Positions 17,810-30,991 are shown, counted from the first letter of the stretch. The stretch: 64,000 nucleotides of DNA from Oscillospiraceae bacterium (GCA_902798545.1 CADBWQ010000003.1:191540-255539); one strand, 5' to 3'. Notes: generated by a model from the sequence alone, not told the origin. Numbers and translations are program-made.

Positions 17810-18564
17810 ATTTTCAGGTCAAGACCTACCGGGCAGTGATCCGAGCCCATGATATCCGGAAGAATATATGCGTCCTGAATACAGTCCCTCAGACGGTTGG
17901 AAACTACAAAATAGTCAATCCGCCACCCCACGTTCCGCTCGCGGGCAGCCGCACGGTAGCTCCACCAGGAATAGGCATTTTCCCTGTCTGGATACAACCA
18001 GCGGAAACTGTCAGTAAAGCCGGCTTTGAGGAGCTCCGTGAACTTACCCCGCTCCTCATAGGAGAAGCCCGCATTGCCGATGTTGGTCTTCGGATTCTTC
18101 AAATCAATCTCCTCATGTGCGACGTTCATGTCCCCACAGGCAATTACAGGTTTCAACCTGTCGAGATCGCAAAGATAGCCGCGAAACGCATCTTCCCAAC
18201 GCATGCGGTAATCGATCCGCTTCAAGCCGTCCTGGGAATTTGGTGTATACACGCAGACCAGATAGTGATCCTCAAATTCAAGTGTGACTGCTCTTCCCTC
18301 AGTATCATGCTCAGGAACTCCCAGATTATAGCGCACAGAAAGTGGCTGCTTTCTGGAAAACACCGCTGTCCCGGAATAGCCCTTTTTCTCTGCATAGCTC
18401 CAGTAACTCTCATATCCCGGTAATGCCAGGTCTGTCTGTCCCTCCTGGAGTTTGGTTTCCTGAATACAGATACAGTCTGCGTCCAACGCCATTATACTCT
18501 CTGCAAAACCTTTTTTCTGGGCGGCACGAAGCCCGTTCACATTCCAGGAAATATATCTTGTCAT
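17806..18564 (-). CDS. xth: Exodeoxyribonuclease III (Xth/ExoA).
   Basis: [15 protein letters not shown]...CIQETK...[12 protein letters not shown]...SDHCPV. Confidence 0.95.
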   Translation of the reverse strand: MTRYISWNVNGLRAAQKKGFAESIMALDADCICIQETKLQEGQTDLALPGYESYWSYAEKKGYSGTAVFSRKQPLSVRYNLGVPEHDTEGRAVTLEFEDHYLVCVYTPNSQDGLKRIDYRMRWEDAFRGYLCDLDRLKPVIACGDMNVAHEEIDLKNPKTNIGNAGFSYEERGKFTELLKAGFTDSFRWLYPDRENAYSWWSYRAAARERNVGWRIDYFVVSNRLRDCIQDAYILPDIMGSDHCPVGLDLKI

Positions 18565-19283
18565 CAGGATCCCTCCTGTTTCTGATTTGCTCTGGCATCC
18601 GCCAGTGCTGCGTTACGCAGGCGCGGTGGTTCTCCTGCCCTGCCGTCCAGCGTATTCATTCCCCGCCGGGCAACCAGCATCTTGATGGCAACGCCCTCTT
18701 CAAGAAATCGACGTTCATAGTCTGTCAGTATACCACAAATGCCCTGAGCGTGCAGATCTCTGGTCAATTTCCGGATCTGCCAGCCTTCGTTTTTGAACTG
18801 TTCCACAGACCATTCAAATAGCGGTCCATTGTCTGTTTTGAAAAAAACCTCTCCGCCCTGCGGCAGCAAATCTGCATAGATCCGCAGAAAAGCAGGTGCA
18901 GTAAGTCGAAACTTTGCATCCCGGCTCTTTGGCCAGGGATCACAGAAGTTAATATATATACATTCCAGTTCTCCCGGAGAGAAAACTTCCCTCAGTCGGG
19001 CAGCGTCATAGTCCAGGAAGCAGACATTGTTAAGCTTTGCCGCCTGTGCACGCTCCATCGCCAAAATCATCGCATCCGGCACTTTTTCTATAGCGACCAG
19101 GTCACACTCCTGTTCCGCAGATGCCAATGCGCAGGTGAAGCTTCCTTTTCCACAGCCGATCTCCAGCTTCAGGCTTCGTCCTGGTTTTTTCCATGTACCT
19201 TTTCTTGTCTCCGGTTCTGTCACCAGATAGTTTTTACAACGCTCCATCCGGGGTTCCAGATTATGGCGTTTTCGCATTCTCAA
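18564..19283 (-). CDS. trmB: tRNA (guanine46-N7)-methyltransferase TrmB.
   Basis: EIGCGKGSF...INFCDPWPK...RLT. Its stop shares one base with the xth ATG. Confidence 0.92.
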   Translation of the reverse strand: MRMRKRHNLEPRMERCKNYLVTEPETRKGTWKKPGRSLKLEIGCGKGSFTCALASAEQECDLVAIEKVPDAMILAMERAQAAKLNNVCFLDYDAARLREVFSPGELECIYINFCDPWPKSRDAKFRLTAPAFLRIYADLLPQGGEVFFKTDNGPLFEWSVEQFKNEGWQIRKLTRDLHAQGICGILTDYERRFLEEGVAIKMLVARRGMNTLDGRAGEPPRLRNAALADARANQKQEGS

Positions 19284-19306
19284 TTGCTTTCACACCTTTC
19301 CGTCGA

Positions 19307-19335
19307 AGCATATCACAGCTTTCGAAAAACATCAA
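19307..19335 (-). promoter_or_regulatory. Candidate promoter TTGATG-17-TATGCT (with TG extension) for trmB-xth-dusB.
   Basis: On the minus strand, TTGATG is at 19335-19330 and TATGCT at 19312-19307, with a 17-nt spacer. Confidence 0.45.
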
Positions 19336-19342
19336 GCATCAC

Positions 19343-19371
19343 TTCACAAAAGCATCAAACCGTGGTATGAT
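19343..19371 (+). promoter_or_regulatory. Candidate promoter TTCACA-17-TATGAT (extended TGnTATGAT) for rsmG.
   Basis: TTCACA at 19343-19348 and TGGTATGAT ending at 19371, with a 17-nt spacer. Confidence 0.5.
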
Positions 19372-19406
19372 TACACAACTGAACTGACTTATCATCGGAG
19401 GATATC

Positions 19407-20120
19407 ATGTCTGAACAGCTGGAAACAATTCTGTCCGAGGGACTGTCCTGTCTCTCTATCCCTTTCACAGATGACATTCTTCATAAGTTCCGCATCTTCT
19501 ATACGCTGCTCAGTGAACGAAGTCATCAGATGAATCTCACAGCAATCAGCGGTGAGGAGGATGTCGCCCGCCTGCATTTGCTGGATTGTGCTTCCGTTCT
19601 GAACCAGTTTTCTTTTGCCGGAAGTCGCGTTCTGGATGTAGGGAGCGGTGCGGGTTTTCCTGGTCTGGTGCTGAAAATTCTCTGTCCGGATCTTTCTTTA
19701 ACGCTGCTTGACAGCACCCAGAAGCGGGTAACGTTTCAGCAGGAGGTCTGCAAAGCTCTGAACATGACTGACGTTGTTTGCCTGCATTTGCGCGCTGAGG
19801 AAGCGCCCGACTCCATGCGTGAGAATTATGACGCGGTCATCTCACGTGCCGTAGCCCGGTTAAATCTCCTTGCAGAACTCTGTTTTCCCTTTGTTTCTGT
19901 GGGCGGAAGCTTTCTCGCCATGAAAGGGCCTGCTGTAGAAGAGGAACTATCAGAGAGCAAAGGAGCCATCCGTCTTCTTGGCGGCAGCGAGCCAACGCTT
20001 TCTCGTTATGAGGTTCCGGGACTGGATGCGGAGCGCATTCTGGTCCGCTCTGTAAAACTACACATCACTCCGGCAAAGTATCCGCGTCGTTTCGCGCAGA
20101 TGAAGAAGCAGCCTCTGTAA
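19407..20120 (+). CDS. rsmG: 16S rRNA (guanine527-N7)-methyltransferase RsmG (GidB).
   Basis: NLTAI...HLLDC...LDVGSGAGFPGLVLKI...LLDSTQKRV. GGAGG SD is present. Confidence 0.94.
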   Translation: MSEQLETILSEGLSCLSIPFTDDILHKFRIFYTLLSERSHQMNLTAISGEEDVARLHLLDCASVLNQFSFAGSRVLDVGSGAGFPGLVLKILCPDLSLTLLDSTQKRVTFQQEVCKALNMTDVVCLHLRAEEAPDSMRENYDAVISRAVARLNLLAELCFPFVSVGGSFLAMKGPAVEEELSESKGAIRLLGGSEPTLSRYEVPGLDAERILVRSVKLHITPAKYPRRFAQMKKQPL

Positions 20121-20145
20121 ACATGTCTCTGTGTTTATACAAATA

Positions 20146-20195
20146 AGGGAGCACTCCAACATAAAAGATGGAATGCTCCCTTCTGTTCTTTTTTC
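20146..20195. terminator. Terminator hairpin between the convergent rsmG and NSS transporter genes.
   Basis: GGGAGCACTCC...GGAATGCTCCC (one mismatch) followed by a T-rich tract. Confidence 0.6.
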
Positions 20196-20232
20196 TACGA
20201 GACTGTCTGTCTGATCGGCGCAGATTGATGGC

Positions 20233-21573
20233 TTATTTCCAACTGAAGGTCACAAGGCCGTACACATACAACACAATGATGCAGACAGGAACAAAATACT
20301 TGAAAATCGGCTTCATCCAGTTCTGAACCTTCAGTCCCTTGCCTTCGTTTGCCTCTGCCACGAAATTATCCCAACCCCAACCGATTTTATAGCTGCAGAA
20401 AACAGAGAAGACAAATGCACCGATCGGGAGCAGGTTTGTGCTGACAATGAAGTCCCAGAAATCCAGCCACGCGGATCCTTCCGCAAAGGGCTGGAAGTGG
20501 AAAACACTGTATCCGAGAGCCGTCGTCAGCGCAAGCAGGAAAATACCAATACCACAGAACAAGCAGCCCTTTGGCCGGCTCCAGCCGGTGAGTTCACGAA
20601 CGCAGGCCAAAATGTTCTCAAACACTGCAAGCTCCGTAGAGAATGCAGCAAATACCATAAACAGGAAGAACAGTGTTCCCCAGAAGCGTCCTCCTGACAT
20701 GTTGTTGAAGACAGTGGCCATGGTGTTGAACAGCAGTGACGGACCGGCGTCCACTTCGATCCCGTAGGTAAAGCACGCCGGGAACATAATGAAGCCCGCC
20801 ATGATCGCAACGAAAGTATCCATCAGAATAACATTTACAGATTCGCCCATCAGGGAGTGCTCTTTCCCGATATAGCTGCCAAAGATCGCCATGGAACCGA
20901 TGCCGATACTGAGGGTGAAGAATGCCTGATTCATAGCCGCCACAATAACGGAACCGTTGATCTTGGAGAAGTCCGGAACCAGATAGAACTTCAGGCCTTC
21001 CTTGGCACCGGAGAGCAGCCCGCTGTGTACAGCCAGGATCAGCATCAGCACAAACAACGCTACCATCATATACTTGGTAACACGTTCCAGGCCGCCCTGC
21101 AGATCAAAGCTCAGTACTGCAAAACCCAGTACAACTGCAATCGCAAGATAGATGACATTGACGCCTGGATTCGTAATCATCGCCACAAATCCGAGATCAG
21201 CGCTCTTTCCTGTGAGGAATCTGACGAAATAGTACATCATCCAGCCTGTGACGACAGTGTAAAACGCCATCAGCGCCAGGTTTCCGACCAGCGCAAGATA
21301 GCCGTGGATGTGCCACTTCTGTCCGGGTTTTTCAAGTTTCTGGTACATGCCGACCGGGCTTGCCTGAGACGCTCTGCCCATCGCAAACTCCATCGTCATT
21401 GCAGGCAGGCCAAGGAGGAGCAGACACAGTACATACACCAATACAAAGCCGCCCCCACCATACTGTCCTGTCATCCAGGGGAACTTCCATACGTTGCCGC
21501 AGCCAATCGCACACCCTGCACTGAGGAACAGGAATCCCAAGCGGCTGCCGAGTTTTTCTCTTTCCTGATTCAT
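20233..21573 (-). CDS. Sodium-dependent transporter of the NSS/SNF family.
   Basis: GSRLGFLFLSAGCAIGCGNVWKFPWMTGQYGGGGF, about 11-12 TM spans. Start set at ATG 21573 (GTGGGG upstream); the track starts at GTG 21585. Confidence 0.92.
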   Translation of the reverse strand: MNQEREKLGSRLGFLFLSAGCAIGCGNVWKFPWMTGQYGGGGFVLVYVLCLLLLGLPAMTMEFAMGRASQASPVGMYQKLEKPGQKWHIHGYLALVGNLALMAFYTVVTGWMMYYFVRFLTGKSADLGFVAMITNPGVNVIYLAIAVVLGFAVLSFDLQGGLERVTKYMMVALFVLMLILAVHSGLLSGAKEGLKFYLVPDFSKINGSVIVAAMNQAFFTLSIGIGSMAIFGSYIGKEHSLMGESVNVILMDTFVAIMAGFIMFPACFTYGIEVDAGPSLLFNTMATVFNNMSGGRFWGTLFFLFMVFAAFSTELAVFENILACVRELTGWSRPKGCLFCGIGIFLLALTTALGYSVFHFQPFAEGSAWLDFWDFIVSTNLLPIGAFVFSVFCSYKIGWGWDNFVAEANEGKGLKVQNWMKPIFKYFVPVCIIVLYVYGLVTFSWK

Positions 21574-21704
21574 AAAGGACCCCACTTTTATAATTTAATT
21601 GATTATTTTTTATTATACCCTCTCTTTATAAAAAAGCAATGTTTTTTTCATTTTTTTTGCAGGTGTGAACATATTTATTCTTTTCGCTTTTTGAATAATC
21701 ATCA

Positions 21705-21738
21705 GCAAGAGCGGTGCCCCTCGAAGCACCGCCCTTGC
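21705..21738 (-). terminator. Hairpin downstream of lon (putative terminator, no clear U-tract on the minus strand).
   Basis: GCAAGAGCGGTGC...GCACCGCCCTTGC, 13-bp stem with one mismatch. Confidence 0.4.
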
Positions 21739-21755
21739 TTTGATTTGGTCACATA

Positions 21756-24089
<2,334 letters not shown>

Positions 24090-24238
24090 CCTCCATAACA
24101 GGTCTGGTTTATTAGTTTACAGTATACTCAGCAGCATCCTGTGTTTCATGAATATTTTGTTAATTGTTTTATATAAATAATTATGTAATTTATATTCCGC
24201 AGACTCAATTTTTCATTGGCAAGAATATGAAATACATC

Positions 24239-24266
24239 TTGACAAAAAGAGAAAAAGGAGTATAAT
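24239..24266 (+). promoter_or_regulatory. Sigma-A promoter TTGACA-16-TATAAT driving tRNA-Pro (and queA).
   Basis: TTGACA at 24239-24244 and TATAAT at 24261-24266. The tRNA starts 13 nt downstream of the -10 element. Confidence 0.7.
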
Positions 24267-24278
24267 AACAGAGCTTGA

Positions 24279-24351
24279 CGGGGTGTAGCGCAGCTGGTAG
24301 CGCGCTTGGTTCGGGACCAAGAGGCCCGGAGTTCAAATCTCCGCACTCCGA
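24279..24351 (+). tRNA. tRNA-Pro (anticodon CGG), no encoded CCA.
   Basis: Folded by hand. Acceptor stem CGGGGTG/CACTCCG (one G-U pair), D arm GCGC-AGCTGGTA-GCGC, anticodon arm CTTGG-TTCGGGA-CCAAG with U33 and G37, variable loop AGGCC, T arm CGGAG-TTCAAAT-CTCCG, discriminator A. Confidence 0.93.
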
Positions 24352-25367
24352 AATCCGAGTTTTATTTTGATCTTCCGCCTGAGCTGATCGCCCAGACGCC
24401 GATTCCCGAGCGCGACCACTCCCGACTGCTTTGTATGGATAAAGTAACCGGAGAGCTTGCTCACAGACATTTCTACGAGCTTCCCTCGCTGCTTCACGAA
24501 GGCGATTGCCTGGTTGTGAATGATTCCCGCGTTCTCCCTGCCCGTCTGATTGGACACCGCCCAAGCGGAGGCGCCGCGGAGTTGGTTCTTCTGAAAGAAC
24601 TCGGTGACAGCTGCTGGGAATGCCTCTGCAGACCCGGAAAGAGGCTGCGTGAGGGCGCTGAGGTTCTGTTCGGAAATGGCGAACTCACTGCCACTGTCGA
24701 AGAGGTGCTGCCAGGGGGAAATCGAAAGATTCGTTTCCATTATGAAGGCATCTTTCTCGAAGTCCTCGACCGGCTCGGCAAAATGCCCCTGCCACCGTAT
24801 ATCAAGGAAGAGCTCTCGGACCGTGAACGCTATCAGACTGTCTATTCCCGTGAGCTTGGGAGTGCTGCAGCGCCGACTGCCGGCCTGCATTTCACACCGG
24901 AGCTGCTGGCCAGGATTCGGGAGATGGGAGTTCCTATTTGTCCAATCACGCTGCATGTAGGCCTTGGCACCTTCCGGCCTGTGAAGGAAGACGAGATCGA
25001 AGACCACGAAATGCACTCAGAGTTCTGTATCGTCCCCGAAGAGACCGCCGAGACCGTCAATCGCATTAAGAGGAACAACGGGCGGATCATTGCCGTCGGC
25101 ACAACATCCTGCCGCACGTTGGAGAGCTTCACTGATGACGATGGTACTCTGCGCGCCGAATCCGGGTGGACCGACATTTTCATCTATCCTGGCTATCGCT
25201 TCCGTTGTATCGACGCGCTGATCACGAACTTCCATCTCCCCGAGAGCACCCTGATCATGCTGGTTTCCGCGCTCGCAGGGCGGGAGCACGTGTTAAACGC
25301 CTATAAAGTAGCTGTCGAGAATCGATATCGATTCTTCAGTTTCGGAGACGCGATGTTTCTCTCCTGA
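24306..25367 (+). CDS. queA: S-adenosylmethionine:tRNA ribosyltransferase-isomerase QueA. The start codon is unresolved and the 5' end overlaps tRNA-Pro.
   Basis: [14 protein letters not shown]...RLL...[11 protein letters not shown]...PLPPYI...YQTVY...[10 protein letters not shown]...TLHVGLGTF...[10 protein letters not shown]...[15 protein letters not shown]...RFFSFGDAM. The only in-frame starts are TTG 24306 (inside the tRNA) and ATG 24435. Confidence 0.9.
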   Translation: MVRDQEARSSNLRTPKSEFYFDLPPELIAQTPIPERDHSRLLCMDKVTGELAHRHFYELPSLLHEGDCLVVNDSRVLPARLIGHRPSGGAAELVLLKELGDSCWECLCRPGKRLREGAEVLFGNGELTATVEEVLPGGNRKIRFHYEGIFLEVLDRLGKMPLPPYIKEELSDRERYQTVYSRELGSAAAPTAGLHFTPELLARIREMGVPICPITLHVGLGTFRPVKEDEIEDHEMHSEFCIVPEETAETVNRIKRNNGRIIAVGTTSCRTLESFTDDDGTLRAESGWTDIFIYPGYRFRCIDALITNFHLPESTLIMLVSALAGREHVLNAYKVAVENRYRFFSFGDAMFLS

Positions 25368-25394
25368 TTGTCTCGCGCGCCTTGCCGATCATGC

Positions 25395-25446
25395 AAAAAA
25401 GACATCTGTTCCAGCGTTTTCTGCTGTTAACAGATGTCTTTTTTGT
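25395..25446. terminator. Bidirectional terminator between the convergent queA and ribF.
   Basis: AAAAGACATCTGTT...(18-nt loop)...AACAGATGTCTTTT, with A and T tracts on both sides. Confidence 0.8.
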
Positions 25447-25474
25447 ATCTTCTGTTCTATCTGCTTCGAGATTC

Positions 25475-26380
25475 TCATGACTGGCTTTTATGAAACCACA
25501 TTCTGGTCTGGTCTGTATCACTCAAGATCTGTTCGGCAAGTCTCTCTACAGATTCAAACTTTCTCTCCGGGCGCAGGAAGTGCAGAAACTCCACCCGCGC
25601 GTGTCTCCCATAGAGGTTGCCGCTAAAGTCAAGGAGATGGCTCTCTACGCTCACCCGCTCGCCCTCGCTCACAGTCGGTCGAACACCGACATTTGTAACC
25701 GCTTCATAACTGGAACCGTCATCCAGCCATACTCTGGCAACATAGACTCCGTGTCTGGGAATCACAACACCTGCCGGGAAAGCCATGTTTATGGTAGGGC
25801 TCCCCAATTTTGTCCCCAGATGAAAACCGGAATGAATCATGTCTGAAAGCATGTGCGGATGACCGAGAAGACGGTTTGCCTCTTCTATCCTTCCCTCTGC
25901 AATCAGGGTACGGATTTCGGTGGAACTTACTACTCTTCCGTCTATCTTTACTGCGGGAATCACATCGCAGGAAATCCCTCTCTCTTCACACCAGCGCTTC
26001 AGGCGTTCCGGAGTTCCCTGCCCGTGGTACCCAAATGAAAAATCGTGCCCGACAATAACGGCAACAATTCCGAGTTCGTTGACCGCGGATGAAATAAACT
26101 CTTCCCACGGCATTTGCATCATTCTTCGATTGAAGTGGAGAAATACAGTTGTATCAATTCCGAAGACTCTTCGGATGATTTCTTCCCTCTCCGGGGCACT
26201 GTTGATCAGCGGGACTTCTTTTCCGAATACCAATGTATCAGGATGAACATCGAAGGTCAGGACCACCGGTTCAGCGTTCAGCTGCTGCGCACGTTCTTTG
26301 ACTCGCTCCAGCAATGCCGCATGGCCGAGATGAAGGCCGTCAAAGAACCCGAGCGCTACAGCTCTGCGACTTTCGTTCAT
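25475..26380 (-). CDS. ribF: Bifunctional riboflavin kinase / FMN adenylyltransferase RibF.
   Basis: ALGFFDGLHLGHAALL...SST.IR...GxPTIN-type kinase domain (LGSPTINM). Confidence 0.94.
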   Translation of the reverse strand: MNESRRAVALGFFDGLHLGHAALLERVKERAQQLNAEPVVLTFDVHPDTLVFGKEVPLINSAPEREEIIRRVFGIDTTVFLHFNRRMMQMPWEEFISSAVNELGIVAVIVGHDFSFGYHGQGTPERLKRWCEERGISCDVIPAVKIDGRVVSSTEIRTLIAEGRIEEANRLLGHPHMLSDMIHSGFHLGTKLGSPTINMAFPAGVVIPRHGVYVARVWLDDGSSYEAVTNVGVRPTVSEGERVSVESHLLDFSGNLYGRHARVEFLHFLRPERKFESVERLAEQILSDTDQTRMWFHKSQS

Positions 26381-27255
26381 GTTGTCAAAACCTCAAAGAA
26401 AGATTTGATCGTACGGCATTCTCCGTCTGTGTTCTGACCCAAAGCCAGAAATTCGCCTTTCTCTGAATAGAGGCGCAGGATCGGGCTTTTCTCCGAAATC
26501 CGTATGGAGTTGCCGTTTCGGATGCGCTCCTCCGCTGCGGCAGAAACTGTCCATGCCGGATAGTTCTGAAAAAGCAGATCTGTCGGAAGCAGCAGCTTTT
26601 CCACGCATCCGTCATCTGCCGCCCGAGCCGTCTCTTCCAGCGTATGCGCTTCTTCGACAGTAAAGCAGCCTGCTTCCGTCCGCCGCAGAGCACTCATACA
26701 ACCGCCGCATCCCAACGTTTCTCCGATATCATGACAGAGGGTGCGGATGTATGTACCTTTCGAGCAGCGGATGTCCAGAATCCAATCATCGCCTTCCTGT
26801 CCCAGCAGTTTCAGGCTGTGGATGGTGATCCTGCGTTCTGGACGTTCGACGGTCTCTCCGCGCCGTGCCAGCTTATACAGTCTCTCCCCGTTCACTTTCA
26901 CCGCAGAATACATGGGCGGTGTCTGTCTGGTCTCTCCCCGAAACAGGGTAAGTACCTGTTCCAGATCTGCCGGTGTTACATTCGCCTCATTCTCTGACAG
27001 GATTCTTCCCGTACTGTCCTGTGTATCTGTCGTGATCCCCAGACGCAGTTTCGCACGGTATCGCTTTGCATCTTGTTCTGCGAATTCAACCGCTCTGGTG
27101 GCGCGGCCAATAAATACCGTCAGAAGCCCTGTTGCCATCGGATCCAGTGTTCCGGCATGCCCCACCCTTCGCTCATGCAGAATTCCTCTGAGCTTTTGGA
27201 CTACATCATTGCTTGTCCAGTCTGCAGGTTTGTCAATCAGGAGAATACCGGTCAC
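26377..27255 (-). CDS. truB: tRNA pseudouridine55 synthase TruB.
   Basis: GILLIDKPADWTSNDVV...VGHAGTLDPMATGLL. ATGA overlaps are present at both ends. Confidence 0.95.
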   Translation of the reverse strand: MTGILLIDKPADWTSNDVVQKLRGILHERRVGHAGTLDPMATGLLTVFIGRATRAVEFAEQDAKRYRAKLRLGITTDTQDSTGRILSENEANVTPADLEQVLTLFRGETRQTPPMYSAVKVNGERLYKLARRGETVERPERRITIHSLKLLGQEGDDWILDIRCSKGTYIRTLCHDIGETLGCGGCMSALRRTEAGCFTVEEAHTLEETARAADDGCVEKLLLPTDLLFQNYPAWTVSAAAEERIRNGNSIRISEKSPILRLYSEKGEFLALGQNTDGECRTIKSFFEVLTT

Positions 27256-28196
27256 AGCTGTTCCCCGCAGAGTTCTTCAACTACATCGAGAAGCAGCTGC
27301 TCTGCTTTCTCCGGGGTCGCCTGGATGGTACAGCCGGCTGCAAGCTCATGTCCACCGCCGCCAAAGGCAGCACAGACAGCTCTGCTGCTGACCCCGGATG
27401 CTGAGCGTACAGAGATTCTGCTGCTCCCATCGGCCATTTCCCTGATCGTGATATTCATAACTGCATTCTCTGCGCGTCCGGAAAGCCCTGCCAGGTCATC
27501 GCAGTCGTCTTCTGTTGCCTGTGCCTCCTGCATCATTTTCTGTGTCACTGGCGCAACGACGAGCTTTCCGTTGTGGTATACATGCATACTGGAATAAACC
27601 ATTCCCTCCAGTCGCAGGCGAGAGAGAGATGCTTTACGGAAGAAATACATCATGACAGACTGGTTGTCCGCACCTGCTTTCAGGAGTTCCGCTGCGGAAA
27701 GAAAACTCTGTTCATTCACATTGGCATACTGGAATGCCCCTGTATCAGTAGTAAGTGCAATAAACAGCAGGGTTGCTTCCGTCTTTGTGATCTTGCCTGT
27801 GAACTCCCTGATCAGCTTCTGCACGATTTCTCCGCAGGCCGAGTGCTCTGCTTCAATCAGTTCCGAAGAAGCGAAATGACTATTGGTGGGGTGATGGTCT
27901 ATCGCCAGATCCACCGTTCCCTCGAACCCGGAAGGAAAAAGGTTCTCTGTAGCAATGTCGACAGAAACAACAAACTTTGGAGTAAAGCCCTCCGGAGCAA
28001 ACAGCTTATCCACAAACGGCAGCATTTTCTTTGTAATCATCGGATTGCGGTACAGATAGGCCTTTTTGTTTTTTCTTCTCAGAGCACGGCAAAGGGCGGC
28101 GGCACTCATAACAGTGTCGCCGTCCGGATTTTTATGTGTCAGAAGCAGAAAACCATCCTTGCTGCCGAGTAATTTCGCACATTCCTGTACGGTCAT
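27252..28196 (-). CDS. nrnA: DHH/DHHA1 phosphoesterase NrnA (oligoribonuclease / pAp phosphatase).
   Basis: HKNPDGDT, IDHHPTN and GGGGHELAAG motifs. Confidence 0.9.
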   Translation of the reverse strand: MTVQECAKLLGSKDGFLLLTHKNPDGDTVMSAAALCRALRRKNKKAYLYRNPMITKKMLPFVDKLFAPEGFTPKFVVSVDIATENLFPSGFEGTVDLAIDHHPTNSHFASSELIEAEHSACGEIVQKLIREFTGKITKTEATLLFIALTTDTGAFQYANVNEQSFLSAAELLKAGADNQSVMMYFFRKASLSRLRLEGMVYSSMHVYHNGKLVVAPVTQKMMQEAQATEDDCDDLAGLSGRAENAVMNITIREMADGSSRISVRSASGVSSRAVCAAFGGGGHELAAGCTIQATPEKAEQLLLDVVEELCGEQL

Positions 28197-28567
28197 GAAT
28201 CTTCCTCCGCTTCCTCTTCTGTCTGATGAATATCAAGATCGCTGATCAGGCGATTGATATGAGCACCGTATTCAATGCTGTGATCCAGTTCAAAGACGAG
28301 TTCCGGCGTATAGCGCAGGCTCATGGAATTTCCCAGCTCACGGCGGAGCCAGCCGGAGGCAGACTTCAATCCTCGTTTAAATTCCTTTTCATCCTGCATT
28401 CCGTACACGGAAAGCCATACCTTTGCATAACGCAGGTCACCTGTTGTTTCCACTCGGGTTACGCTGATCATGCCCTGCTGTACACGCGGGTCTTTCACGT
28501 TACGCAGGAGTTCAGACAGAACTCTCTGGATGTCGTCATTTGTTCTGGCAAGTCTGTTGTTTGCCAT
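28193..28567 (-). CDS. rbfA: Ribosome-binding factor A.
   Basis: RLARTNDDIQRVLSELL...DPRV...ITVTRVETTGDLRYAKVW-type sequence, in the operon position after infB. Confidence 0.93.
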   Translation of the reverse strand: MANNRLARTNDDIQRVLSELLRNVKDPRVQQGMISVTRVETTGDLRYAKVWLSVYGMQDEKEFKRGLKSASGWLRRELGNSMSLRYTPELVFELDHSIEYGAHINRLISDLDIHQTEEEAEEDS

Positions 28568-28579
28568 ATTCGCTCCTTC

Positions 28580-30991
28580 TCAGGCCTCGATCTGCTCCAT
28601 CACGAAGCATTCAATGATGTCGCCGACTTTGACATCATTGAATTTTTCTACCTGCATGCCGCATTCATAGCCGGAGGCGACCTCACGAACGTCGTCCTTG
28701 AAACGTCTCAGGGAAGCCAGACTGCCCTCATGAATAACAATATTGTCTCGCAGCACCCGCACATCGCAGCCACGCTGGATCTTACCGTCTGTGCAGTAGC
28801 AGCCGCAGACTGTGCCGACCTTGGAGACCTTGTACGTTTCACGGACTTCGGCGTGCCCAATGATAACTTCTTTGAACTTCGGTGTCAGCATACCCTTCAT
28901 GGCATCCTGAATCTCGTTAATGCAGTCATAAATGACGCGGTAAAGCCGTATATCAACATTGCTGCGGGTAGCGCTGTCTCTTGCCGCATTATCCGGACGA
29001 ACATTGAATCCGACTATAATGGCATCGGAAGTTGCCGCGAGCATAACATCCGACTCAGAGATAGCGCCGACAGCACTGTGGATTACTCTGACGCGTACTT
29101 CATCATTGGAGATCTTCTCAAGTGAAGATTTTACTGCTTCCGCGGATCCCTGCACATCAGCCTTGACGATCAGATTCAGAGTCTTCATTTCACCTGCCTG
29201 AATCTGGCTGAAGAGGTCCTCGAGAGATACCTTTTTGGCAGGTCCGGCTGCATTGGCCTGCTGACGACGTTCCTCTGCGAGTTCACGGGCCATACGCTCA
29301 TCCTTGACCGCATTAAAGGTATCACCGGCACTGGGAACCTCTGACATTCCGGAAATCTCCACCGGGGTAGATGGCCCGGCTTCCGTCACACGGTGTCCCT
29401 TGTCATCGATCATCGTCCTCACGCGACCGACAGAACTGCCTGCAATGATAATATCACCGGTTTTCAATGTGCCGTTCTGTACCAGCACCGTCATAATAGG
29501 TCCGCGGCCCTTATCCAGGCGGGCCTCAATAACTGCGCCGCTGGCTGCGCGGTTCGGGTTGGCCTTCAGTTCCTGAACCTCAGCAAGGATGACGAGGTTT
29601 TCCAGCAGGTTGTCAATGCCCATACCGGTTTTTGCCGAGATCGGGCAAATAATGGTATCGCCGCCCCATTCCTCACTTACCAGATCGTATTCAGTGAGCT
29701 GCTGCTTGATCCGATCCGGGTTGGCGCCCACCGTGTCCATCTTATTGATCGCCACAACGACAGGAATTCCTGCCGCCTTGGCATGATTGATGCTCTCAAC
29801 GGTCTGCGGCATGATGCCGTCATCTGCTGCTACGACCAGAATTGCGATATCCGTCACCATTGCCCCACGGGCACGCATGGATGTAAACGCTTCGTGGCCA
29901 GGAGTATCCAGGAAAGTGATGGGGCTTCCGTTAATCTCAACCGTATAGGCGCCGATGTGCTGCGTAATGCCGCCAGCTTCCCCGGAGACAACATTTGCAT
30001 GGCGGATATAGTCCAGCAACGAGGTTTTTCCATGGTCGACATGACCCATGACCACAACGACAGGCGCGCGAGGCTGCAGATCTTCTTCCTTGTCCGGTGT
30101 AGCATCAATCAGGCGTTCCTCAACAGTGACAATAACTTCCTTCTTAACTTCACAGCCGAGTTCCATTGCAACAAGTGCCGCCGTATCATAGTCCACCGTA
30201 TCGGAGACAGATGCAAAAACACCGGCTTTGATGAACTGCTTGATCACCTCGGCGGCCGTCTTCTTCATGCGGGAAGCCAGTTCTCCCACGGAAATCTGGT
30301 CGGGTATTTCTACCACCAGAGGTTTCTTCTTTGCAAGTTCTCTCTGGAGACGATTCTGTCTGTCCCGCTCTTCCTGGCGCCGTTTGGCCGGAGACTGCTG
30401 CTGAGCCTGCTGACGTTGTTTGGCCTGAGACTTGATTTTTTCTTTATTGCCGTTCCCGCCACCGCTGCGCATCTTGGAGGAGTTTGCCTTATTGCCGGCC
30501 ATGTCCTCAAATTTCTCGTTGTACTTCTCGATGTTAACGGCAGCGCCGCCGCGTGTATCGACCACACGCTTCTCCGCCACCTGCCGGGGCACATGAGGTT
30601 TGTTTTCTTTTTTCTTCTGAGGCAGAGTGCTCTGTTGGCTCTGGGTCTGAGGCTGCTGCGGCGCAGACTTATCCTGTACCGGGGTTACCTGGGCCTTGCT
30701 GCGCGTCTCCGTCGCCTTTCCGGCAGGCGCTTTCTCTCCGGACGCTTTCTCGCTCTGTGGTTCCGGCTTTTTCTCCGGCGGGGCAACCTTGAAGATGTCT
30801 TCAAGGCTTGCTACCTGATTGTGCTGTGTCATATATTCAAAAATGACATCCAGCTCAGGGTTCTCCAGAACCTGCATATGATTCTTTGGCGTCGTAGCAT
30901 AGTCAGTAAGGATCTGCGTGATCACCTTCGATGTTGTATTAAAATCCTTTGCGACCTCATGAACCCTGTATTTCATCATAGCCATAAGCAT
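28580..30991 (-). CDS. infB: Translation initiation factor IF-2.
   Basis: G-domain [29 protein letters not shown], with a long low-complexity N-terminal region. The more likely start is the third codon, ATG 30985 (AGGAGA 6 nt upstream). Confidence 0.96.
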   Translation of the reverse strand: MLMAMMKYRVHEVAKDFNTTSKVITQILTDYATTPKNHMQVLENPELDVIFEYMTQHNQVASLEDIFKVAPPEKKPEPQSEKASGEKAPAGKATETRSKAQVTPVQDKSAPQQPQTQSQQSTLPQKKKENKPHVPRQVAEKRVVDTRGGAAVNIEKYNEKFEDMAGNKANSSKMRSGGGNGNKEKIKSQAKQRQQAQQQSPAKRRQEERDRQNRLQRELAKKKPLVVEIPDQISVGELASRMKKTAAEVIKQFIKAGVFASVSDTVDYDTAALVAMELGCEVKKEVIVTVEERLIDATPDKEEDLQPRAPVVVVMGHVDHGKTSLLDYIRHANVVSGEAGGITQHIGAYTVEINGSPITFLDTPGHEAFTSMRARGAMVTDIAILVVAADDGIMPQTVESINHAKAAGIPVVVAINKMDTVGANPDRIKQQLTEYDLVSEEWGGDTIICPISAKTGMGIDNLLENLVILAEVQELKANPNRAASGAVIEARLDKGRGPIMTVLVQNGTLKTGDIIIAGSSVGRVRTMIDDKGHRVTEAGPSTPVEISGMSEVPSAGDTFNAVKDERMARELAEERRQQANAAGPAKKVSLEDLFSQIQAGEMKTLNLIVKADVQGSAEAVKSSLEKISNDEVRVRVIHSAVGAISESDVMLAATSDAIIVGFNVRPDNAARDSATRSNVDIRLYRVIYDCINEIQDAMKGMLTPKFKEVIIGHAEVRETYKVSKVGTVCGCYCTDGKIQRGCDVRVLRDNIVIHEGSLASLRRFKDDVREVASGYECGMQVEKFNDVKVGDIIECFVMEQIEA

